From: Octopus sinensis
Taxonomy: Eukaryota
NCBI RefSeq assembly: GCF_006345805.1
Contig: NC_043022.1
Location: 22,754,001-22,818,000, forward strand
Reading direction: 5' to 3'
DNA length: 64,000 nt
Shown here: one piece after another, positions 1 to 59,427 of the stretch
Layout of the letters: every line of letters begins with the position of its first letter
Numbering within the stretch: position 1 is the first letter of the stretch
Program-made: the position numbers and the translations under genes
Notes under the pieces: generated by a model
Database searches by the model: none
What the model saw: the letters and a program-made list of their open reading frames with translations, nothing else
What the model was told of the DNA's origin: nothing

Positions 1-273
1 AAAAGTACACTGTATATGTAAGAGTTATATATATATATATATTTATATATATAAACGCCATGATAGATCGTTAGCTCCTACACGCATTTTTCTCTCTCCT
101 TGATTTTTTTCTGTGTATCTTTCTGTAGAAGAGCGTAGGCACGAAACGTAAAAGACTTTTTCTATTCCTGAGCGCTATACTAATACATTTGTTTGTTTGT
201 ACTCTACCTGTCTTCGTCTTTTGTTTATTTTCGTAAACCTTCCCGTTTTATATATATATATATATAATATATA

Positions 274-333
<60 letters not shown>

Positions 334-675
334 CAGTGGTATATATACAGTGTATATATATATACAGATTGAAGAGATCTGCCACCCGATGACAATTGGC
401 CCCCTGCGCCATCAGAATCTATATATGGGGGGGGGGGGCATGTTAGTATCTAAGGGCCCCATTCCCTCAAGTTATAGAATTTTTTATTCACTCCTGGAAG
501 AATGCATTAATTATTTCAGCCTGGCTGTGTTTGCAGACAGTTGAAAAGAATACTTGAAATAATAATAATTAAATGATAGCATTGTAGTTGCGAGAGGGCT
601 CCCTTAAGTCTCCTGACAACCAATATTTTTAGACCCATATATATATCGAGAGAAAAAAAAGTCGTCAGAATTTTG

Positions 676-806
676 GAAAAAAATCCTTTTATTTCTTCAT
701 TATTATTAGCGCTTTTGTTCCTTTCTTGAACTTGTCAAATGCAAATTGTATTTGACAATTTCTAGAGAGAAACGAAAGCGCTAAGAAATAAAAGGACTTT
801 TTTTTC
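676..806. repeat. Imperfect about 130-bp palindrome (small foldback/MITE)
   Basis: AATCCTTTTATTTCTT..TTAGCGCTTT..TTGTCAAAT versus ATTTGACAA..AAAGCGCTAAGAAATAAAAGGA. Confidence 0.75.
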
Positions 807-852
807 TCAATATTCAATTTTGTACACCACACCTAACACTCTTTCTCTCTCC

Positions 853-910
<58 letters not shown>

Positions 911-1215
911 TATATATATAAAAAGCAATAAAGATTCAAGTTAATTTAAATGAATTTACTTGAATATGGTACCTAACTTAGATGCACAAAAAAAAACTAT
1001 ACTGTTTTAACAATACAGTAATGTGGGGTGATTATAAGCGAGAAAGAAGCAACAAGAATGGATAGGTTTTTAGTACAATCGTAGTATTTTAGCTGATGAG
1101 TACGGGACACGTTTATATGCTGTAATTTTTGCAACTTTTAATAAAGCCTGTCCTTGTATGAAACGATTGTACTAAAAACCTATCCATTCTTGTTGCTTCT
1201 TTCTCGCGTATATAT

Positions 1216-1246
<31 letters not shown>

Positions 1247-1447
1247 CAGTGCTTTTCAAACTTTTTGCTGGAGCGGAACCCCAAGGAAACATTCCACTGG
1301 CTCGAGGAACCCCTGTGCAATAATCTAATAGTCTTATGCACACATATCTGCACAGGAGAATTAGAAATTACTGCCGATTTTAGCAGTTTTGTATCTTCTT
1401 GCAGAACCCCAGGACTCTACTGGCGGAACCCTGGTTGAAAACCACTG
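1247..1447 (+). mobile_element. hAT-type MITE (CAGTG...CACTG) inserted in (TA)n
   Basis: CAGTGCTTTTCAA / TTGAAAACCACTG termini, flanked by ATATATAT. Confidence 0.75.
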
Positions 1448-2141
1448 ATATATATATATATATGTTAGAAGTATTGGGGGTGATGTACAGATTTAATACA
1501 CATGAAAGAAAAAAGGTGTTCAGGATGCTGGATATTTATTTACATATCTCATATTATTTCTTCATATTAGCGCTTTCAACTACTCCCAGAAATGTCAGTT
1601 TGGAGAGTTTTGCCTGTATTTATATTATTGGTAAATGAAGTGGGGAGAGAGAAAGTGTGTGTGTGTGTGTGTGTATAATGGGGAATAGAGGGAGGGAGAA
1701 GGTGAAAGAGAGAGACAGAGAGAGAGAGGGAGTGATAGGGAGATGGAGAAGGTGAAAGAGAGAGAATATGGGTGTATGTGTTTTAAAACTGTGTGTATTT
1801 CTCTCTTTGTGTATGTATATGCAGTGAATGGTTATGGAGGTCAGTCGGCGTAAGGTAGGAATCAAAGGAGTCCGTATGTAAAAAAAAATGGTTGAGAACC
1901 ACTGGACTAATCTTGTTAAGATGGATCCCGAGCATGGCCGCAATCCAATGACTGAAACAAATAAAAGGTAAAACATATGCATATATGGTGATTGCCACTT
2001 CATAGAAGAAGGTTATCTCTTCCATTCGTAAATGCCGTCATGAGATTTCATATGACCAGCAAGTCCGGCTTTGGACTTGGACAAAGAGATTGTTACAAAC
2101 ATTTTTCAGGTAGAATAATGTTTGGCATTAATTTCAAGTCC

Positions 2142-2563
2142 GGATCTTTTCGGTTTGAGCGGCAGTTTTTTAAAATAATTTCCACGTAACTAAAAAATTT
2201 TAAACTTCGTATACTGGTAGAATGTTTTGTAAAACATCTTTTTCTCTCGACTTTATTGAGAAAATTCTATGGTTTGTAAGATATTTATTGATTTTTATCT
2301 TCTTCAATTTCTGCAATTTCAACCAATCACTGACGTCTATTGAGGTAAAAAAAAAAAAACATTCTGTGCCGTAAGAATATGTCCCTCGTTTAAGAAACAG
2401 ATTGGGTTTATTTACATTTGTGGAGAAAAAAGATACCCTTCCCCCCACCCCTAACCCTAAAATTAATTGAAATGCAATAGATCGATACTAGGGTCATAAT
2501 TATGGGTGACAATTTCATATGACACCGCTAGAAAAAAAACTGCCGTTCAAACGGAAAAGATTC
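2142..2563 (+). mobile_element. MITE with GGATC termini, copy 1; 8-bp TSD TCAAGTCC
   Basis: TIR GGATCTTTTCGGTTTGA(A/G)CGGCAGTTTTT and its inverse; TSD at 2134..2141 and 2564..2571. Confidence 0.9.
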
Positions 2564-2797
2564 TCAAGTCCTGTCTATGAAGTGCTCGTTCCAAGATGGA
2601 GTGTTCGATCCTTTGCTGTCATCGAAGATCACTTCTTTCCGAACCGATCAATTTTCTGCCCCCATTCTTCAACATCTGCAATAAGAACCTACATAATACA
2701 ATAATACGCACGCACACAAACACACAGGGAGGGAGGGAGGGAGGCAGATTTTACTTGCCAATTTATTCGTGTTCGGCTTTTTTCCGCGGGTTTTTAC

Positions 2798-3580
2798 TTA
2801 TGCAATCTCGCCATATTTCGTAGACTATCGTAAATTTCCGTAATCATTTTCAGTCTCTCTATTTGTCACTTCTCCCATCATCTTTATCTCCTTTTTCTTT
2901 GTTTTTCTCTTTATCTCTCATATTCTTCTTCTTTCTTTATTTCTTGATTTTCGTCTATGTCTTTCCACTATCTCTTTTTTCCTTGCGGCATTTTCTCTTT
3001 CTTTTACTTTAATCCCTTTCCTCTCATTTTTTTTTGTACTTCACATGAACTGCAATTATTTGTTTACATGAATATATATACATATAATTACTTAATACTT
3101 TATATATGAAGAAGCAAATATCTAAAGATTAGAAAGGATTTATTAAAAAGTGGAGAGAGATAGAAAAAGTGATAGAGTGGCAAAGAAAAAGACACGAAAA
3201 TAATCTTCGTGAATTCACGGAAGTTACCGAGTATTCATGAGCAAACGTAACCACAGTCATCAACAACCACTCACCCCGCTCTCTCACTTATTCTCTAACC
3301 TATTTGTTTTCACTCTTTCTACCTCCTCACTCACTAAACTATTTCTACCTTCCCCTCCCTCTCTTACTTACTCACCTATTTCTTCTCGCTCTTTCTCCCA
3401 CTCTCCCTCACTAAACTATTCTCCCCCTCCCTCTCTCATTCACTCACTAAATTATCTGCTCTCCCGGCTTCACTCCCCCTCCGCCTCTCTCTCACTCTCA
3501 CCTATTCTTCCAGTTTTACAGTTAATGTCGAACTGAGCTCGTCGTTCCTTGTATCTCGTCTTCCTTTCTGGACAAAAGAA
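2798..3580 (+). promoter_or_regulatory. Probable DJ-1 promoter and 5' UTR: candidate non-coding exon ending at 2829, pyrimidine-rich intron 2830..3521, UTR part of the next exon 3522..3580
   Basis: Acceptor ttccagttttacag ends at 3521, 59 nt before the ATG; candidate donor GTAAAT at 2830; YY1-like CGCCATATTT at 2809..2818 in CpG-rich sequence. Inference without RNA data. Confidence 0.45.
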
Positions 3581-21717
<18,137 letters not shown>

Positions 21718-22508
21718 AGATGTTTTAATAAGACTGTTCTGTGATGTCACATTTAGATTACACTAAACAAATAAGATGTGGATTATAAAATATTCTGGTT
21801 TCTGTTCTTTATTTCTTTTCATTCTTTGTGTGTGAGATGCTAATGTACAACAAACATTTAATCACTATAGGTTGTCAAACACTGTCCTTTTTTAAGTAAG
21901 GATAATTTAGCTGTTATTTCTAGCAGTGTGGGATTTTAAACTCAATGCAGATTGGATAACAAAATCTTTTGTATTAAGGAAAAAAAGATGGGGTGAAAAA
22001 GTCCTTACTTTCTGAGACCTGCTATTTCTGGTTCTACGAAAGTTGCTGGTGATCATGAGAACCGCTGGAAATAAAAGCGAGAGCAATATGGTGGATAGTT
22101 AGAAGAATTAGGGTCATCTATGGAAGCTTTCTCTGCAGGAGTACCTACCTTATTTGACTGGTGATGGGCAGGAGGTATTTGTAAGATATGTACAAATCCC
22201 TCGTGGCGAGGGACTCAAGTGGTTGCAAGTTGTGAAGGAGTTTGTGGCACAGCTGTGAGTAAACCACTTAGAGGACATGGGGCCTTAATCATGTAACAGA
22301 TGGGAAGAGACATGAATGAAAGAATGAGCCCAAGATAAGGAATGAAATGTGTGGCAAGTGTATTAAGAGATTAAGGAGAGGGTTCGGGTTGGACTAGTGC
22401 CTACCGATTTTAGTCTGGTTGGAATAATTCAGTTTGTTTTGTTCTGTACTGAGTTTTAGGAAAATGATTTGGCCTCTGTCAGGCTTCATGCAAAATAATA
22501 ATAATAAT

Positions 22509-22529
22509 AATAAATAGAAATAAAATAAA
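22509..22529 (+). terminator. Candidate DJ-1 poly(A) signal cluster; another AATAAA lies at 22070..22075
   Basis: AATAAA at 22509, 22519 and 22524; which signal is used is unknown. Confidence 0.35.
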
Positions 22530-22575
22530 ATTTTAAAATAATTAATACAATCATGAGGCATTTAAAAAAAAATAC

Positions 22576-22581
22576 TTTATT
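22576..22581 (-). terminator. Candidate SLC25A11 poly(A) signal AATAAA (3' UTR about 0.85 kb)
   Basis: tttatt on + at 22576..22581, followed on - by a T-rich tract. Confidence 0.55.
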
Positions 22582-23420
22582 TGAAAATTTACTGAGTCTA
22601 AGAAATATTAGAGCTACACAAAATAAATACTGGACTAAAATCATTAAATAGGGATGCTATTAGTCGGACACTTTCTACTTTAGTTGCCTTCGGAAGTTAG
22701 GCTGGTAAGCGTATATGAACTGGAGGGATGGTTTTTCACTGAGGAATCAGGAATGGGTGTATATTGTCATGGTTTCTCTGCTTACGATGACATGAAATTC
22801 ACAGAAATCATGATGTTGAACAAATATAAGATAGACATTTGGTAAGGGACACCGCAGCAGGAAGACCTGAAAAAATTCCTGATTAAAAAGCCATCTGTGT
22901 ATGGTAAAAAGGCACACAAAAGTACATGTTCATTAGATATGATCATTAAGTCTTTCGATTCCTTTCAAATTGTTAATGTTATCCAATTTTTTTCCCCACC
23001 CCTTTCTAATAAACCATAAGCTGTAGAAATTACAAAACAAATTGTTCTACTGAATAATTTTTTTCAATCCACATTTTTAGTATTACACCCCACCCTCCTA
23101 CAGACAATGAAACCCGGAGTGATTTTTTTTTTTCCATCCCCCCCCCCCGCTTTTTAGTATTTACCACAAAATCAATTTAATTCTAAACATCAAAAGTTCA
23201 ATCACTTTAACAGGGTCATACTTCGCTGATCAGGTATGACTTTGAACCCACTTATATGGTATGTGTGTGTTAATGTATGCAAGTATACATAAATATATAC
23301 ATACATTGTGTGAGTATACAAGTGTGTATCAGTTTTTTTTCTTCTTTTTTCAACAACTCCAGACAAGTATTATGCTGTAAACAATTGACAACTGATGGTT
23401 CAGCTGCCAATTGTTAAACA

Positions 23421-51497
<28,077 letters not shown>

Positions 51498-51600
51498 GTC
51501 CTGTAGATTGAATGGTATCCCGGCAATGGAACACTTTAGACCTCGACCTTCCTTAACTTTTTCTCCATTCACAGAAGGAAAATTGGTTAGCTTAGAGCAG

Positions 51601-51610
51601 GTCACGTGAC
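51601..51610. promoter_or_regulatory. Perfect palindromic E-box GTCACGTGAC (USF/MiT-TFE CLEAR-type) 104 nt upstream of the SLC25A11 ATG
   Basis: Exact 10-mer seen in CpG-rich sequence; function inferred. Confidence 0.55.
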
Positions 51611-51876
51611 TCTACACAATATTACCTCTTCCTCCTCCCCCACGTCTCTATTATAACAGCAGCAGCAGCAGTTGGCGTGTTGCCTCCACCTTCCCCACTA
51701 TCATTAATAATAACAGTAGTGGTGGTAGTAGTAGTAGTTGCACTGAATTAACTTTACCACAACCACCACCACTTGTATGTGTGTATATATATATATATGC
51801 CATGTATATATACAGACATTTTACGTACAAATGTATATACGCACACATACATACACGTATACGAACATATACACAG

Positions 51877-51921
<45 letters not shown>

Positions 51922-52188
51922 CCGTAATCCATTTTGTCTATGTAAACATATCTAATCTTGGTGTACGATTGTTTGGGGTTAAAATCCAAGATAAAGGGGA
52001 CAACAAACACTCCCAGGACCTTACAATGTAACTATGTGCAAGCGCGCCCACACACATACACGCAGATGTGTGTGTGCGCGCGCGCGCGTGTATGTATGTA
52101 ATGTATACATGTATAGGTGTAAGTATATATGTATATATATATTATATGTATATATATTGCATGTATGTATTGTTTAAATATATATATC

Positions 52189-52219
<31 letters not shown>

Positions 52220-55200
52220 AAGTGCGTGTATGTATGTATACTTGTACGTGTGTATATGTAGATATATGCGTGTGTATTTACCATCACCTTGCCGTCTGTG
52301 AGTCACAGATAATTCATGTGATACAGAAGAACATTATACTTATGTGTCATCTATCGACCTCAAAGACTCAACATCTTTTCCCAAACCATTTTCAAGGCAC
52401 TCTAACAAACATAAAGAATGTATTTTCAGGACTGACTTCATTTTTTCTGGTTGATATGAACTCTGCAGAGCAAGAATGACCTTCAGAATATATAATACCT
52501 GAAGGTTCTTTGAAACCAAATGCAAATGACAAATCCAGACTATCCTAGACTTCTCCGCCTTCAACTTACCACACTCACTACAGTTTAACCCTTGCCTGTA
52601 CAAAGCATTTCATAAGTGTCTCTTAAGTGGTCATGCTTGTTTTCAGCTTTTTAATTAACCCTTACTTCATACGTTCTGAGGAAAATCAAACTTTCCTTTC
52701 ATAAGTCCCAAGTTATCATCATCATCATTGACATTAAGGTGTGTCCTAAACGTCCATGTCTGTTTTGAGATTTAGTTAACCTGTTTTTTTTAATGTTCTG
52801 AGCAGTATAAAGCTTTCTTTTCATTAGTCTCAAGTTATTCTGGTGGTTAAAAAAAATTGGGAGTGTGCACATGTATAATGCATGGACACCAGGAAATGAA
52901 ATGATTTGTGTGTGTTTGTATGTGTGCATATCATCATCATCATCATTTAAAATCTGTTTTTCATTCTAGCATGGGTTGGACGATTTGACTGAGGACTGGC
53001 GAACCAGATGGCTGCACCGAGCTCCAATCTTGATCTGGCAGAGTTTCTACAGCTGGATGCCCTTCCTAACATCAACCACTCCGAGAGTGTAGTGGCTTTT
53101 ACGTGCCACCAGCACAAGGGCCAGTCAGGCGGTACTGGCAATGACCTCACTCAAATGTTTTTTTCACGTGCCAGTAAGATTACGCTGGTAACAATCACGC
53201 TCAAATGGTGCCTTCTACATGCCACTGGCACGGAAGCCAGTTAGCTGCTCTGGCAACGATCACGCTCAGATGGTGCTCTTAGCGCCCCACTAGCACAGAT
53301 GCCAGTCATCGAATTTGATTTCGATTTCACTTGCCTCAAACAGGTCTTCACAAGCAGAGTTTAGGGTCCAAGGAAGGAAAGGTACACATAAGTGGGCTGG
53401 TTGTGCCCCTGGCATAGGCCACGAGGTTATGGTCTCATTTGGCTTGCCGGGTCTTCTCAAGCACAGCATATTTCCAAAAGTCTTGGTCACTAGTCATTGC
53501 CTCGGTGAGGCCTAAAGTTCGAAATACATATGTGTGTGTGTGGATATTATTGAGATGCCATATATGTATACACACATTATGTATATATGTGTGTATATAT
53601 ACACACATAAAAGATACAAGGAATAACAGAAATGTGTATGCACACACACACATATATTATACATACATAAATGCATTTTGTTCTGAGTAATATAAATGTG
53701 TGTAGCAAACTGGTTGGGGCATTCAGTTCAAAATCGTAAGGGGAGAGGGGGGCAGAGCTCAATTCCTGCTGGGACATAGTGTCCTTGAGCAAGACACTTT
53801 ATTTCACATAGCTCCAGTCCAGTCAGATAGTAAAAATGAGTAGTACCTGTATTTCAAAGGGTCAGCCTTACCACATTCTGGGTCAGGCTGAATCTCCTCA
53901 AGAACCGCATTAAAGGTATGTGTATATGTGGGCTACTCAACCACTTGGACATAGCATTTCACAAGCTGGCTGTTCTGTTGATCAGATCAACTGAAACACC
54001 TATCATCATCACCAACAGACTGCAAGTGTGTGTGGATATAAAGCTTTCCTTTCATAAGCCCCAGCATGTATACTCTTTACTCTTTTACTTGTTTCAGTCA
54101 TTTGACTGCGGCCATGCTGGAGCCGACCCCAGGACTTATTCTTTGTAAGCCTAGTACTTATTCTATCAGTCTCTTTTGCCAAACCGCTAAGTTACAGGGA
54201 TGTAAACACACCAGCTTCGGTTGTCAAGCGATGTTGGGAGGACAAACACAGACACACACACACACACACATATATCCTTAAATCCTTAAAAATGTTTTAG
54301 CCCGAAGGCCGCGGCCATGCTGGGGCACCACCACTGATATATATCAGTGCCCCGGGTGAGGTATATATACGACGGGCTTCTTATATATATACATATATAC
54401 GACGGGCTTCTTTCAGTTTCCGTCTACCAAATCCACTCACAAGGCTTTGGTCGGCCGAGGCTATAGCAGAAAACATTTGCCCAAGGTGCCACATAGTGGG
54501 ACTAAACCCGACACCATGTGGATGGTAAGCAAGCTACTTACCACACAGCCACTCCATGTTCATAAAAACAGAGAGAAAGGGAATGTGTGTTTGTTCATGA
54601 CTGTGTATAAGTTTGTGTGTGTGTGCATTCATGTGCTTGGGTGTGTGTGTGCATGTGTGCATTTGGTCGTATCCTATTAAAATTGAAAACAATAACAACA
54701 ATAATAAAACTAGAACGGAAAGCCAAAGTTGTTTGTCATTACAGTAATGAAGGGTTTTCGTGACACTGATGACTGCATATCTTTCTGCATCTGCTGCTGC
54801 ACTAATATCAATGACATTCGTCGATGACAGCAAAATGAAAGGTTAGCACAGTGACAATACTGAGTCAGTCTAGAGAACGGGGACGCAGGAAGAAGGATTC
54901 ATAAAAGACCGATGTTCACAGCAACCTTGACATCTAAAATATGCGACAAATCTCGCATATTTTCCCACTCATTGGGTAAAAGAAAATACAGGAAGATCAG
55001 TTACTTATGAGATTATTCAACACATTTGCCTTTCACACACTTATTGCAATAGTCCTTCAGTTTTTCTAAGACAAATAAAAGAACTTTCATGATACCCTTA
55101 AAGTTAAGAAGTTTTCAGTACCTCCATATATATATACATATATATAATATAGAGTAAAATCTAATAATTTTATCAGGTAGCCAGTATGGAAATAAAAAAA

Positions 55201-58029
55201 CCTTTATAATTATATATATATATATATATAATAACAATTTAATAAATAAAACATATGCATACATACATATATGTACATACCTACATCTATATGTATATAT
55301 ACATGCATATATGGGTACAGGTCACCTCAAAAAAAACGTAGAACACAACAAGAAAGAAAAACATAAAAACAAAACATGGAAACGAACTTTTTTTAACAAC
55401 GTAAAAACAGAGTACAAGACATACAACACAAGGAATATTCCCCTTCTTCAGCTGCCCCTGTTTCGACTTATTGCATGTTTCGGAGGTAAGGGCAGGACAC
55501 GACTCCATTGAAACAGTCCTTCCCGCAAAGCAAATTAAATAAAATTTGGGATTTCTTTGCAGAGGGGTAAAAAGTGACAAGAACAGGACAGTAAAAGCAA
55601 TACAAATAAAGATAAAAACAGTACATATATAATACACACACATATATATATATACACACATATGTGTGTGTATTATATATGACATATATAACATATATAT
55701 AATTATATATATAAAAATGAAAATAATGATGAAATTATGTGTATGTGTGTGTGTTCATGTACATAGCCTCATGGCATTAAAAGTTCAGATTCTTACACAG
55801 ATATCTCTTTTATTCAGGGTGCAATACTTGTCTGTTCTTCAGAGAATAAATTTTAATATTCGATACTGATGTGTTTACAGGTATTTTATATATGCAAGTA
55901 TTATAACCTGTTTAAGAAATAAAGACAATTGAAATTTTAGCATGGTCTACTTAACTTCCATGCCAGGTATTAAGTTCTCTAGTGATTATTAGAGTGTGGA
56001 TGTACGCACATACACACACCGACAGACAAATTGTACAGACAAGAAAGTAATATTCCAAATACAGTATAGCTGTGAAAACAGCAGAAAGATTGGGTATTAT
56101 TACCTTTATAAGATGGAAAAATGTTGTCAACAGACAGCCATGGGACTCAAACTTGCACCCCTTGGATGCCAGCTAAGTACTCTACCATTAAGCTAAACTG
56201 CCCTCTGACAGACATATGTTTGCATGCATGCATATACACATTCATATATCAGGCCACAACAGACAAAAAAGGATGCTCTTGAAGCTGAGAATTTGAACCT
56301 ATGGAGACAATATTTACATATAGGCATAGGAGTGGCTGTGTGGTAAGTAACTTGCTTACCAACTACATGGTTCTGGGTTCAGTCCCATTGCGTGGCACCT
56401 TGGGCAAGTGTCTTCTACTATAGCTTCGGGCTGGCCAAAGCCTTGTGAATGGATTTGGTAGATAGAAACTGAAAGAAGCCCGTCGTATATATGTATATGC
56501 TGGTGGCACGTAAAAAGTGCCCACAACACTCACAGAGTGGTTGGCGTTAGGAAGGGCATCCAGCTGTAGAAACACTGCTAGATCAGACCGGAGCCTGGTG
56601 CAGCCTCCTGGCTTCCCAGACCCCGGTTGAACCGTTCAACCCATGCTAGCATGGAAAACGGACGTTAAATGATGATGATGATATATGTATGTGTGTCTGT
56701 GTTTGTCCCCCCAACATCGTTTGACAACTGATGCTGGTTTGTTTACGTCCCAGTAACTTAGCTGTCCGGCAAAAGAGATCGGTAGAATAAGTACTAGGTA
56801 TCCAAAGAATAAGTCCTGGAGTTGATTTGTTCGACTAAAGGCGGTGCTCCAGCATGGCCACAGTCAACTGACTGAAACAAGTAAAAGAGTATATCACCAG
56901 AGGAAACACAACTAGATCACATAAGGCAAGGAAACAGTTACATAACCAAATACCTGCATGCCTGGAGAACTATGTTGCATAGAAACAATTGTAGTGATTG
57001 AAAATAAATATCCAACAGTACTCCATCTTGTTGCCTCCAAATTTTTTTCTATCTATTCACACACGACAGAAGCCCAAACGCAAACCTGGAAGTATGTATA
57101 ATACTACTACTCAGTAGCAAAGGATGAACTCTGAAGGTGGGTGGCTTCATACTGTACTCTTCTATGTTCTTAACAGGATATACGATAACTATACACATAC
57201 ATACATATATCATCATCATCATCATCATCATCGTTTTATGTCCACCTTCCATATTGGCATGGTTGGAATGGTTTGACAAGAGCTGGCCAGGCAGAAGCCT
57301 GTACCAGACTTCTGTAACTGTTTTGGCAGGGTTTATACAGCTGGATGCCCTTCCTAACACCAACCACTCAGCAGAGTGGACTTAGTGCTTTTTACGTGGC
57401 ACAATCACAGGCGAGGTCAGTTTTGGCAAGGTTTTTACTGGATGCCCTTCCAAATGACAACCACTTTAAAGTGTGGACTAGGCGCTTTTAAGTGGCACCT
57501 GCACCAACAGGGTCACCAAATACTTGCATGGCAAAAAAAAAACCTCTTTTGAGGAGGTGATCTTGTGTCAGATGTTGAAAGGTTACAGTGAGACAGAGAG
57601 ACAGAAACAGGTGTCTTGCTGTAGAGAAGGTATAAGGTTGCCCAACTGGAGAGAGAGAAAGAGAGAGAGAGAGAGATGAGGAATGAAGACAGAAACAGGT
57701 GCACTGCTGCAAAGGAAATACATGGTTACTCAACCTGAGGGAAGTGCAGGAGAAGGAGAGAGAGAGAGTGGGAGACAGCAGGATAGAGATGGTGGCAAAG
57801 TGCCAGGCATATGCAATGGTACAGTGAGACAGGGCATGGGTGGAACACACAGGTCAGAAGCTAGCGGAAAGCAATGATACAGTGGCAAAGGGCCAAGGGG
57901 AGAGGATTAAGGATTGGGAGGTAAGCGTAGAGCATGAAGTGGAAATGTGAGAAAGAGAAGAAATGTAGTTTGGTTTGTTGTGGTAGAGTGTGTGAGAAAT
58001 CTTCTTGTTAAGTGTGGATGGAACACACA

Positions 58030-58250
58030 GTGCTTCTAGAACTTGGTCTCGCTGACATGGGCGGGTCTTCTCAAGAACTTCATATTGCCAGACATTTCAG
58101 TCCATTGTCATTTTCTCCATAATGCCTAATATCCTGAGATCAGTCCTTAAAACTTCATCCCACATCTTCCTGGGTCTCCCACTTCCATGGGTACCATCAA
58201 CTTTTAGTGATCGGCACTTCTTTATGCAACAGTCCTCATTCATACGCACA
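58030..58250 (-). mobile_element. RTE-clade LINE ORF C-terminal remnant
   Basis: VRMNEDCCIKKCRSLKVDGTHGSGRPRKMWDEVLRTDL..MD*NVW (GRPRKxW motif). Confidence 0.7.
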
Positions 58251-58789
58251 CATATATACGCAGCTGTCCTCATTCATTCACACACACATATATATGCTTG
58301 TATGTATAAGGCGGCAAGCTGGCAGAAACGTTAGCATGCCGGGCAAAATGGGTGGCCGTATTTCGTCTGCCATTACGTTCTGAGTTCAAATTCTGCCGAG
58401 GTTGACTTTGCCTTTCATCCTTTCGGGGTCGATAAATTAAGTACCAGTTACGCACTGGGGTTGATGTAATCAACATAATCTGCTTATCTGTCCTTGTTTG
58501 TCCCCTCTGTGTTTAGCCCCTTGTGGGTAGTAAAGAAATATATATGTATGTATGTATCTATGTGTGAAGAGAAAGAGACTGTGTGTGAGAGAGTGATAGA
58601 TGATAAATAGATAGATATGATGAATACTGCAGTAAATTTACTTGTCATGATGTACTAATATTAAGTATGACACACAAATAGCAATCTGCATATGCTAACA
58701 ATTCTGCCCAGTGATCAAGCAGAATTGTTAGCAAACCAAGTAAAATGCTTGGTGGTATTTTGTCAGTCTTTACATTCTGTGTTCAAATT

Positions 58790-58970
58790 CTGGTTGGGGT
58801 GACCACTAATGGAGCACCAGCAATGATGGGTGAGAAAAAAGGTGTGGTATCTTTACTTCAAGAATGGGTTGGTGAACAACAGTCACTATTCAAGCTGCAT
58901 TGCATTATATATCAAGATGTTTTGTATGCAAAGACACTCCGATTCAAAGACATCATTACTGTTTGAGAAA
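58790..58970 (+). pseudogene. hAT (Charlie/SPIN/GTF2IRD2-like) transposase fragment
   Basis: VTTNGAPAMMGEKKGVVSLL...KLHCIIYQDVLYAK matches the TDGAPAM..G and HCIIHQE.LCAK motifs. Confidence 0.8.
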
Positions 58971-59427
58971 TTACAACCGTGTTTCGTGGTCTGCTACCAC
59001 AACAGCTCCTTTATAGGATCCAGTTAGCTCAAGACATCATCAGGAGGAACCATGTCCGGTTTCGGCCCCTACTCCCCTACCATTTTGAAGTGGTGCCCCT
59101 CCCTTTTCGGAGGTGCCTTCAGCTCTGGTGTTGGGTGCATGTCTTCTTTCTTCTGTTCCCTGGCCTCTTCGATGTATCATCAGCGAGTGTCAGCTGGTGA
59201 CTGACTGACTTGTCAAATTTGTCCCTTTAAAGTTTCGAGTACTTTTTCACTTAATTGTCTAACATGTAAACATATGCACATATTTGAGCAGCTATGTATC
59301 TGGTATTCTTTTATTCTTTTACTTGCTTTAGTCATTTGGCTGCAGCCATGCTGCAGCACCACTGTTAGTTGAGCAAATCAACCCCCAGGACTTATTCTTT
59401 GTAAGCCTAGTACTTATTCTATTGATC

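Noticed and set aside
22000-22450. Possible coding exon between the two genes
   Set aside because: It has multiple stops; a weak KWFTHSCA match on - suggests an old LINE remnant, too degraded to call.
51498-51605. N-terminal extension of SLC25A11 predicted by ORF 51372..51605
   Set aside because: It starts at a GTG inside the E-box; the first in-frame ATG is 51497.
54811-54837. Minus-strand HFAVIDECH resembling a DExH helicase motif II
   Set aside because: It is followed immediately by stop codons, has no usable splice donor, and no other helicase motifs are nearby.
55818-55880. Plus-strand segment with a good acceptor and donor (ttttattcag ... tacag|gtattt)
   Set aside because: Stop codons occur in all three frames; it could only be a non-coding exon and there is no supporting evidence.
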